Below are positions 21,254 through 29,249 of a DNA stretch of 64,000 bases, in pieces. The stretch lies in the NCBI RefSeq assembly GCF_003019035.1, contig NZ_CP027447.1; one strand, written 5' to 3'. The DNA comes from Escherichia coli. Its GTDB lineage: Bacteria; Pseudomonadota; Gammaproteobacteria; Enterobacterales; Enterobacteriaceae. The position numbers and the translations under genes were made by a program. Each line of letters opens with the position of its first letter. Within the stretch, counting starts at the first letter, position 1. The notes beneath the pieces are model-generated. The model was not told the origin of the DNA, ran no database searches, and saw nothing but the letters and a program-made list of their open reading frames with translations.

Positions 21254-24200
21254 GGAATAGTTCCTGTAGGCAATGGTATATGAGTATCATTTGCAGCTCC
21301 TGGATTATAATTCGGACTTTTAGTTTTCAAATCAGATGTATGATGCCAACTGCCATCAGGAGAACCATACTCCCAACCATAGCCTTGATTAGTCGCAGGA
21401 TTTGTTCCACTTTGGCTTCTACCAATCCTATATATGGGGCCATTGGCAGAATTACTCCCTGCTGGAGCAGTAGGGTTTACATCATGAGCCCTTACTTCAT
21501 ATTTATAATTTCCGACGGTGAATTTTTCTTTAAATTTTATAGGGTAGTTATGCCCAGACAAGCCTTGCCGATGTAAAGCATAATTTAACACATCCTGCGG
21601 TGAGGTATTTTTAATTGCTTGATGCGCTTGTGCTGCTGTCATACCTTGAGAACGATTGTATTTATACCAATCATACATCACAGGACATATAGCTAATCCC
21701 AAAGGATCAACATACCCCAGCGGATTAGGCACATACCGGTAAGTCTGCTCACCCCCCAGCAACCCCAGTGGATCACTCACCAGGTACATCCCGGTTTCCG
21801 GCTCGTAATACCGGAACCGGTTATAGCACAGCCCCGATTCCGCATCCTGCCACTGCCCCGCATACAGCAGGCCGGGGTCGGCTTCCGGGTCCAGCTCCCC
21901 GCGCGGGTCCGGGTAGCCGGTGTCTGCGGGCAGGCTGAGTGCCAGCCCCCACAGGCTGGTCTGCCCCGGTCGCCAGACGGTTTTACCTTCACTGTTAAAG
22001 AGCACCAGCGGACGGCCCGTCAGGTCGCTCACCGCATGATTCGTTCGCGTCACCCACTGCGGGGCCACGGACGGATGCGGCTGCCGTACCCGGCTGAACT
22101 GCTGACTCAGCAGCTCAAAGCCGTTAAACACCAGGTGCCGTACGCTGTACAGTTTATCATCCCGGTATTCCCGCATTTCCGCAATACTGTCGCCGTCCCA
22201 CAGATACGTAAAACGGATTTTCTTCCGGTCGCAGCGTTTTTCCGTCCGCCTGCCGCTGGCGTCGTGGCGGTATTCCCACTGCTCACCCTGTGCGCTGCAA
22301 TACCCGGTCAGCTGGTCCCGGCTGTCCCACCGGAACCGCTCTGTTTCCGGGCGGTAGCCGTCACGGTGTCTGGTGCGGCTGACCATCCGGCCTGCGGCGT
22401 CATAGCTGTAGTCTGTGTTTCCGGTCTGTTTCAGCCGGTGGCCGCGCTGATACATGTCAGTATCCACGCTTATCCGGTGCCTGCCCGCCGACTGCGCCTT
22501 CAGGTAGCCACAACTGTCATAGCCATAGGACTCATCGCCTTCGCCATAGCCCAGCCCGGTGCCTGAGGCTGTCACCGCCGTGACCTGGCCGTTCCGGTCC
22601 AGCCGGTACTCCCGCCGTGTTTCCCGTCCGTAGTCTTCCCGGCTGGTGACAGCCGACATATTGCCCGCGCTGTCGTAACGGTACTCCCGCACCAGTGAGG
22701 GGAGCAGTCCGCCCCATGTGGCTTCCGCCGGGAAAAGTCCGGCGCGCTGGCTGGTAAGCTGACCGGCTGCATTCCAGCCCTGCTCACAGGCAAAACCCCG
22801 GTTACTGTGCCGGAGCACTTCACGTCCTGCCTCATCACGGCTGAACGTCAGCGTCTCATCCCCCGGCAGGATAACCTCCGTCAGTTCTCCGGCGGCGTTG
22901 TAGCGGTAGGTGGTTTTCAGCAGGGATTCACCGGGGTGTCTGTCGCGTTCATCTTCCGGTGGCAGGATACAGCGGATGACGGTGTGTTCATCGGGGTGGT
23001 GGTATTCAATGGCCCGTCGGCCCTGAGTGGTGACATTCACCCGCCCGCGTTCGTCATAGCCGGTGCGCTGTGATGTACCGTCCGGGCTGAAGATACCCGT
23101 CAGCCTGCCGGATTTGTCATAGGCATACTGCGTTTTGCCTTCCGGCGAGATGACTTCTGCCAGGCGGCCTGCGGCGTCCCGGCTGTAGAGGATAGTTTCC
23201 TCCAGGCCGTTAACCCTGGCGGTACAAAGGCCATCGGCGTCATAGCGGTAACGCCAGACCACGCCGCCCCAGTCACGCTCTTCCGTCACCCGTCCACAGT
23301 TGTCCAGAATATAACGGTATGACTCGCCCTGCGGATTGATGACTTCTGTCAGTTGCAGCGTGTCTTTATCGTAGCGGTACTGCCAGCGGTGGCCTTCACC
23401 GTCCGTTCGCGCCACCGGCAAATCGAACGGGCCGTATTCCATCGTCCAGACAACGCCGTTGCCGTCCGTCCAGGCCAGCAGGTTGCCGTGGCGGTCATAG
23501 CGAAATCCTTCCGCGCCGGTGCCAGTGCGTTCAAGGCCGCTCAGTTTATGGTGCTGCTGCCACCGTAACCGCACTGACTGACCGCCGGGGCCGCGCATCT
23601 TCACCGGCAGGTCGTGACCGCTGTATTCGGTGTGGTGTTCACGGCCCATCACGTCGGTGAGTGTTTCCGGCCGGTTGTGGTGGTCGTACTCTATGCCCAG
23701 ACGCCGTTCATCCTGGCGGAATATCCCCGACAGCAGCCCCTGCGGCGTGTACGCCAGCCGGGTCTCTTCGCCCTGTGGCGACACCAGACTTACCGGCAGG
23801 CCGCGTTCATCACACTGCTGCGTCCACATCTGCCCGGCAGGGTCGGTGATGTTGCTGAGCAGGCCGCGCTCATCATAGCAGTACTGCCACTCCGCACCGT
23901 CTGCCGCCGTGTAACGGCTTAACTGACCGTGTGCGGCGTTGTATTCAAACTTCTCCACCCGCCCGGCAGGGGAGTGGCGGGCCAGCAGGTGATGGAATTC
24001 ATCCCATTCATACATGGTGGTGCTGCCGTCCGGCGCTGCTTCCCGCAGAATATTGCCGTCAGGATCATAGTAATAACGGTGAATGCCCTTGCCGTCCGTC
24101 ACGGTGGTGCAGCCGTCACCATAGTCCAGCGTGGCGTTGTAATAGCCCTCCGCCCCGGTGACGGTCACGCACCGGCCCTGTGCATCGTAGGTGAAACGGC

Positions 24201-26103
24201 TCCACGTCTGGTCGTTATCGGACCAGCGGATGATCCGGTCCGCAGCGTCGTACTCATAAAACAGGTGGTAGTCCAGCCGCGCATCCGCTTCTGTCAGCCG
24301 CCCCCGCGCATCCTGTTCGTAGGTCGCCAGCATCTGTATGCCGTTATCCGTACGGTGAATGGCTTTCAGGTAGCCGCTGGCATGGTACGTCAGTTTAAGC
24401 CGGATCCCGTCGGTGTGACTGACACCCATGATGCGGTACTGGCTGTCGCGCTCAAACGTGATGCGGTTGCTGGCGGTGTCGCTCATCCCGCCCAGCATGT
24501 ACATCCGGTCTGCGGGGCTGTGTGCCAGACGGTCATCGCAGGTATCGTCAGTCACCGGGTGGCGCAGGCGCATTCCCGGAAAGGCGTCATAAAAGAAGCG
24601 GCTGCTCAGTGCATCACGGTCGAACAGCTCCAGGTAATCGTCGCGGCGGCGCAGAATGTACTGGGCGTGATACGGGTTAACCGCCGTATCACTGTCACCG
24701 TCGAAGGCAAATCTCAGCGTGGTTCCCTGGCTGATGATATCCACCCGGTTTCCCTGTTCACGCACCCAGGCGTATTCGCTCCAGGAGTCGCTCCAGCCCA
24801 CGCCCGTCAGACCATGCAGCGGCAGTACAGAACTGTGGAAACGGGTGAAGGAGAGGGGGAGTGTCTGGCCCAGCGTAAAGTCGGTACGTTCGTCGCAGTA
24901 TGCGCCGGTTACCGGATCGACAGGATCTGTTACCCATCTGATGACTTTATTGGCAATACTTTTTAACGACTTACCTGTTTTCCCCAGCAACGCGCCGAGC
25001 TTTGCCCCCAGCAGCTTCCCGCTTTTCCCCAGCAGGTTTCCCAGTTTGCCGAGTTTCGCCAGATTCCCCAGTTTTCCCAGCAGTCCCGCGGGCGGCAGAA
25101 GATAGCTGGCTATCGTTATTCCCCCCAGGATCATTCTCTGCCACGGCGGGAACTCCGGCTGGATATCCAGATAGGTCACCTGTTCACCGCCAATAAAGAC
25201 GTCCGGCGAACCTTCCACGATTGCCGCGCTGCACTCCAGTTTGTCCCCTTTGCGTGCGGCAGTCTGATTGTTGATAAAGACGTTGCTGCTGCCCTGGGCT
25301 ATCCTCGGTGGTTTGTTCTCCTTGTCGCAGAGCGCCGTGTCCTCACCGGCTTCCGGGAAATCCACGTCTTTTTTGATTTCGCCACGCCCGCCCACCATGG
25401 TGGCAAACTCCATTAATACCGGACCGGCGGGAAACAGAAGCGATGCGCCGGCGCTGACGCGATCCATAATACCGGCATTGCTGTCCGTCAGGGTGATAAC
25501 AGCGTTCCCCCAGGCCTTCGCCAGTGGTACTGCTTTTTCCGCTGCCGATTCAAGCAGGTCAGTGGCAATATCACCCCATGAGGGTTCCCCCTGTGGTGGA
25601 GAGGGTATTGCTTCAGTCAGGGGAGGAGGGGGAAGGGTGACGGCGGCCCTGGCAGCGGGCTTTCCGTTAATGTTTACATTTTTAGAACCAGTATTGATGG
25701 CCCCGTCCGTGTCACAAAAACTGTTTATCCATGATTCAAGCTGGTTCTGTTTCTCCTCCACATAATCACTCGCCTTATAGCTGGCATACATCAGCGCAGG
25801 CACCAGAACCAGCGCATAAGGGCCGGTGGCACAGGCGGCCATAATCAGGCAACCTTCTGCGATGGTCACTATCGCCCCCAGCACGGCCCCTGCCAGCGCC
25901 CCCAAAAAACTCTTGTGCTGAATTTCATCGCCCAGCCTGGCTGCGGGGGGGCCAGACTTTTTTGATGCCAACATCTGTGCAATGGCTTTGTCGTTGGCTG
26001 CCCGTTTCATCTGGCTGGCGACCATCGCCTGCTGTGACAGCATTCGCATTGCCAGCGTACCGCCTGCGGTCGCTCCCTGTGGCCCGCCTGGTCCTTCACT
26101 CAT
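21250..26103 (-). CDS. rhs: prePAAR/PAAR-domain Rhs-family polymorphic toxin (T6SS effector) with variable C-terminal toxin tip
   Basis: 1617-aa ORF: N-terminal AARLGDEIQH (prePAAR-like AARxxDxxxH), hydrophobic helices, PAAR-like segment (ARKGDKLECSAAIVEGSPDVFIGG), long YD/Rhs repeat region, core terminating at DPLGL, then a 147-aa low-GC tip. Confidence 0.9.
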   Translation of the reverse strand: MSEGPGGPQGATAGGTLAMRMLSQQAMVASQMKRAANDKAIAQMLASKKSGPPAARLGDEIQHKSFLGALAGAVLGAIVTIAEGCLIMAACATGPYALVLVPALMYASYKASDYVEEKQNQLESWINSFCDTDGAINTGSKNVNINGKPAARAAVTLPPPPLTEAIPSPPQGEPSWGDIATDLLESAAEKAVPLAKAWGNAVITLTDSNAGIMDRVSAGASLLFPAGPVLMEFATMVGGRGEIKKDVDFPEAGEDTALCDKENKPPRIAQGSSNVFINNQTAARKGDKLECSAAIVEGSPDVFIGGEQVTYLDIQPEFPPWQRMILGGITIASYLLPPAGLLGKLGNLAKLGKLGNLLGKSGKLLGAKLGALLGKTGKSLKSIANKVIRWVTDPVDPVTGAYCDERTDFTLGQTLPLSFTRFHSSVLPLHGLTGVGWSDSWSEYAWVREQGNRVDIISQGTTLRFAFDGDSDTAVNPYHAQYILRRRDDYLELFDRDALSSRFFYDAFPGMRLRHPVTDDTCDDRLAHSPADRMYMLGGMSDTASNRITFERDSQYRIMGVSHTDGIRLKLTYHASGYLKAIHRTDNGIQMLATYEQDARGRLTEADARLDYHLFYEYDAADRIIRWSDNDQTWSRFTYDAQGRCVTVTGAEGYYNATLDYGDGCTTVTDGKGIHRYYYDPDGNILREAAPDGSTTMYEWDEFHHLLARHSPAGRVEKFEYNAAHGQLSRYTAADGAEWQYCYDERGLLSNITDPAGQMWTQQCDERGLPVSLVSPQGEETRLAYTPQGLLSGIFRQDERRLGIEYDHHNRPETLTDVMGREHHTEYSGHDLPVKMRGPGGQSVRLRWQQHHKLSGLERTGTGAEGFRYDRHGNLLAWTDGNGVVWTMEYGPFDLPVARTDGEGHRWQYRYDKDTLQLTEVINPQGESYRYILDNCGRVTEERDWGGVVWRYRYDADGLCTARVNGLEETILYSRDAAGRLAEVISPEGKTQYAYDKSGRLTGIFSPDGTSQRTGYDERGRVNVTTQGRRAIEYHHPDEHTVIRCILPPEDERDRHPGESLLKTTYRYNAAGELTEVILPGDETLTFSRDEAGREVLRHSNRGFACEQGWNAAGQLTSQRAGLFPAEATWGGLLPSLVREYRYDSAGNMSAVTSREDYGRETRREYRLDRNGQVTAVTASGTGLGYGEGDESYGYDSCGYLKAQSAGRHRISVDTDMYQRGHRLKQTGNTDYSYDAAGRMVSRTRHRDGYRPETERFRWDSRDQLTGYCSAQGEQWEYRHDASGRRTEKRCDRKKIRFTYLWDGDSIAEMREYRDDKLYSVRHLVFNGFELLSQQFSRVRQPHPSVAPQWVTRTNHAVSDLTGRPLVLFNSEGKTVWRPGQTSLWGLALSLPADTGYPDPRGELDPEADPGLLYAGQWQDAESGLCYNRFRYYEPETGMYLVSDPLGLLGGEQTYRYVPNPLGYVDPLGLAICPVMYDWYKYNRSQGMTAAQAHQAIKNTSPQDVLNYALHRQGLSGHNYPIKFKEKFTVGNYKYEVRAHDVNPTAPAGSNSANGPIYRIGRSQSGTNPATNQGYGWEYGSPDGSWHHTSDLKTKSPNYNPGAANDTHIPLPTGTIP
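21253..21693 (-). other. Rhs C-terminal toxin domain (147 aa after DPLGL); candidate WHH/HNH-type nuclease
   Basis: Abrupt drop in GC content after the DPLGL junction; motif GSWHHTSD...NYNPGAAN...THIP near the C-terminus resembles the His-His...Asn...His arrangement of HNH/EndoVII-fold toxin domains. Confidence 0.45.
21694..22311. repeat. direct repeat copy 2 (rhs core 3' end, main gene)
   Basis: Homologous to 20217-20834; substrate for homologous recombination that would swap toxin tips. Confidence 0.75.
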
Positions 26104-26122
26104 GTGTTATCCCTCGTTTATG

Positions 26123-26584
26123 TCAGCGCGGCTGGTCCTTTTGGATGTCATTCTCCGGTGGCAACGGGGTGAAGCTCTTTATCACCTCCAGCAGCATCGT
26201 CTTTTGACTGTTCTTCAGGGATAAGGAGGTGCTGAAAGTGAAGGTCAGCAGCGTATCTCCACGCCGCTGGAATACGGCTATCTGGCTAATCCGCCCCTGA
26301 TTCCCTTCATCTTCCGGACCGTTCCAGGAATAATCCAGCAGCCAGGCCGGGGCCTCTGCCAGAGTGATTTCCCGGCAGGCATGTTCGGTGTACCCATCAA
26401 GTTTGCCCTGGTACAGCGCCAGCGTTTCCTGGTACAGCTCTGGTGTCAGGGTTCCCTGTGGAACGGCTTCGCGGGTAATGACCAGGTTGATGCCACTGTT
26501 ATCTGTGGACACCAGGACCTGCATTGACTGATCCTGCCATTGAGACGGCAGTTGAATGTGGCCTTCATTAAAAGTGAACTGCAT
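26123..26584 (-). CDS. DUF1795 / Eag-family effector-associated chaperone
   Basis: 153-aa ORF between vgrG and the prePAAR-Rhs gene, tightly spaced; size and position typical of EagR-type chaperones. Confidence 0.75.
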   Translation of the reverse strand: MQFTFNEGHIQLPSQWQDQSMQVLVSTDNSGINLVITREAVPQGTLTPELYQETLALYQGKLDGYTEHACREITLAEAPAWLLDYSWNGPEDEGNQGRISQIAVFQRRGDTLLTFTFSTSLSLKNSQKTMLLEVIKSFTPLPPENDIQKDQPR

Positions 26585-26611
26585 AAAATACTCCCTGTTA
26601 ATCTGAGTGAA

Positions 26612-28513
26612 TCAGTTGATGAAAACAGAACCGCCCACGATGGTGATGCCATCCTTCGACAGCCTGATTACCGTCGATTCCCCGACCTGTAGCTGTATGC
26701 CATCCGGCGTCAGCGCAATTTTGCTTTCCTCCACGGCCAGCAAAATTTCCTTAATCGCCGTATAAGCCTGTATACCGTCGCCTTCGCCACCATTGTTTAC
26801 AGCGTCAACATGCACCGAACCGGCAATCGTGCCTCTGTCCTGAAAGACATCCTCAGATAAAGACCCTTTCAGTACTCCGGTGATCTTGTGGCCTTTTTCC
26901 ACCGTAAGAAGGCGGTTACCTTCCTGGATCGTGACCGTCTGGTCATTTTTTACGGTTTCGCGGTGATCGTGTTTTACGGTGGTGGTACGGTCGTTGAGCA
27001 CTTCGGTATCCATGTTCTTCTGCGCGTGGATGTAGACCTGTTCTCTCCCTGTCGCATCATCAAACTTCAGCTCATTAAATCCGCTGCCCATGTACGTTTT
27101 GGAGCGGATGGTCATCTGCGTCTTTGTTCCCGGCAGGCTGCCGGGGGTGCGGTTTTCCTGGTGGTAGGTGCGCCCCATAATGATCGGCTGGTCCGGATCG
27201 CCGTTGAGGAAGTCTACAATCACTTCCTGACCCACACGCGGTATCGCCAGGTGGCCAAAACCGGTGCCTGCCCACGCCTGTGCCACACGGATCCAGCACG
27301 AACTGTCTTGGTCTGCCGGGTTATAACGGTCCCAGTTGAACTTCACCCGCACGCGACCATGTTCGTCGCAGAAGATTTCCTCGCCTGCCGGTCCTGTCAC
27401 GACAGCGCTCTGCGGGCCGTCGACCAGCGGTTTCAGCAACGGCTGTGGTCGCCATGTTCTGTCTGCCGGGATCACCGCAAAATGGTTCTCCAGCGCCGTC
27501 CCCGCTCCCTGCCGTCCTGGCACCGCCTGTGGCTGTTCGCCGTGCAGTTCACTTGCCACCACCTGCCATTCCCGGTTCAGGTTCGCCTGCGGATGCCCCG
27601 TCAGCACAATTCGTCGTCCCGGCCATATCTCCGGCGAGCGACTCATTCCCCGCGCGGTTTCTGCATTGTTTCGCCAGCCGTCCATCTGCCAGCGGGCAAA
27701 GTTCTGCCCGTGGGCACCCTTGAAACGTCCGGGGTAGTCATACACTTCATACTGCGTGCGCTGGTAGTCCTGGTGCTGGCCTTCCTGTTCAAAACGTCCG
27801 GCCCAGCCGGGGCGTTTAAAGGTGTAGTCTTTGGTCACCACGGAAGAAGGGCGGATTTGTGCGCTGTAGCGGAACTGGCTGATGCAGAGGGTGCTCACCT
27901 CGGTACGGGTGTTCGGGTTCCATGGGATTTCAAAAGATTCGGGCAGATGGCGGACTGTGTCGCACAGCACCAGGCTCTGGTCGGTACTTTTGTAAGCATG
28001 CTCCTCATAAAAGAAGATGCCTTCCTCCGCCGCCATCCGGCACAGGAAATCGTAATCAGTCTCACCGTACTGGACACAAAACTCACGGGAAGGATGCGGC
28101 TCGCTGAACAGCGGACTCCATTCGGTCACCCCGTTTTCCTGCAACATCGTGCCGAGGATGCTTTTGATGTCCTCGTTCTGGAAGATACGGAAGTTCTGGC
28201 GCAGACCGGCACGCCACAGCGGCGGGTGCACCTTCATGCTGTACAGCATCTGGTTTTTGTCGTTCTCCCCCAGTTCAAACCAGGTCACCACGCCTTTCAC
28301 CCGGCGCTGTACTTCATCGCCCTGCCATATCGTCAGGTAGGCCATTTTGTCCAGCACCTGCGCAAATTCAAGGGAGAGAAACTGCTGGCTGACCAGGGAG
28401 AGATCGAGGGAAAAGAGCGAAGAGAGTGACTGGTTCAGATGAAAGGAAACCACCGCAAAAGCATCCGGCGGCAGGCCGTCCACTTCCAGTGTGAAACGTA
28501 ATCCGGTTGACAT
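26612..28513 (-). CDS. vgrG: type VI secretion spike protein VgrG
   Basis: 633-aa ORF starting MSTGLRFTLEVDGLPPDAF... with gp27/gp5-like regions and a C-terminal beta-helix-like segment; canonical VgrG N-terminus. Confidence 0.9.
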   Translation of the reverse strand: MSTGLRFTLEVDGLPPDAFAVVSFHLNQSLSSLFSLDLSLVSQQFLSLEFAQVLDKMAYLTIWQGDEVQRRVKGVVTWFELGENDKNQMLYSMKVHPPLWRAGLRQNFRIFQNEDIKSILGTMLQENGVTEWSPLFSEPHPSREFCVQYGETDYDFLCRMAAEEGIFFYEEHAYKSTDQSLVLCDTVRHLPESFEIPWNPNTRTEVSTLCISQFRYSAQIRPSSVVTKDYTFKRPGWAGRFEQEGQHQDYQRTQYEVYDYPGRFKGAHGQNFARWQMDGWRNNAETARGMSRSPEIWPGRRIVLTGHPQANLNREWQVVASELHGEQPQAVPGRQGAGTALENHFAVIPADRTWRPQPLLKPLVDGPQSAVVTGPAGEEIFCDEHGRVRVKFNWDRYNPADQDSSCWIRVAQAWAGTGFGHLAIPRVGQEVIVDFLNGDPDQPIIMGRTYHQENRTPGSLPGTKTQMTIRSKTYMGSGFNELKFDDATGREQVYIHAQKNMDTEVLNDRTTTVKHDHRETVKNDQTVTIQEGNRLLTVEKGHKITGVLKGSLSEDVFQDRGTIAGSVHVDAVNNGGEGDGIQAYTAIKEILLAVEESKIALTPDGIQLQVGESTVIRLSKDGITIVGGSVFIN

Positions 28514-29249
28514 AGCAACCTCCAGTAAAATGAATAATGATCCGTACCGTACAACTGCGGATAATGTGATAAGCGGGACGACTTCAGACGTTATTAGGGA
28601 AGGAACAGAAAATGCTATGGTTATGTGAGAATTTTGTTTAAATATTACTTTACAGAAACGGGTGTCTGTTCAGTCAAAAAAATAATCACAAGCTCAACCT
28701 CTTGTTTCTTGGCGTTATTCAGGACAGGTACGCATATCACAACGAGTAACAAAAACGCAAAGTTAAACCAATATTCATAATATATTTTTATTCACAGCAA
28801 TAAATAATCCAATTAACATTATTAAAATGAATGATTGCATAAGAAATATATGCTACCGCTCCACCCTGATAACATGATCTGCACATTGCACATCTTAACG
28901 TTGTTAAATACTGGCTCAATAGTGGATATTTTAAATTAGGAATTTATCAAATTCACTTGATAAATAGATTGAGTGAATAATATAACAATTAATGATGATT
29001 AATCGCGATTAAATTATTCATTGCTTTATATGATAGATGGCTTGTTTATAACGATGAAAATTTAGAAAGGGCATTGTGATCTACAATTGGAAGAAACACA
29101 GATTTAACTAAGTTTCATATACAAACATCTCGTGAAACTTTGAAAAATAAAAGCCTTCGATATTTCATATGTTTAATAAGTTTTTCTCTAATTTGTTGAT
29201 CAACAATACCAGGAGGTGATGCACCACGCCCTGAATTTGAACTTAATAA

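Noticed and set aside
21280-21576. 98-aa plus-strand ORF antisense to the Rhs toxin tip
   Set aside because: Considered as an alternative immunity candidate, but it is fully contained within the tip coding sequence on the opposite strand; the downstream ATGA-coupled ORF is a far better immunity candidate.
22036-24966. Plus-strand ORFs (176 aa at 22036-22566, 345 aa at 23929-24966 and others) antisense to the rhs core
   Set aside because: Embedded within the 1617-aa rhs ORF; low-complexity Arg/Pro/Ala/Val-rich translations; the orphan region shows the same antisense pattern (20559-20879), so it is a compositional artefact of the YD-repeat DNA.
26888-28429. 513-aa plus-strand ORF antisense to vgrG
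   Set aside because: Long but entirely antisense to the confidently identified vgrG; translation is Arg/His/Leu-rich with no domain signature. A real overlapping gene cannot be excluded without expression data, but the prior is low.
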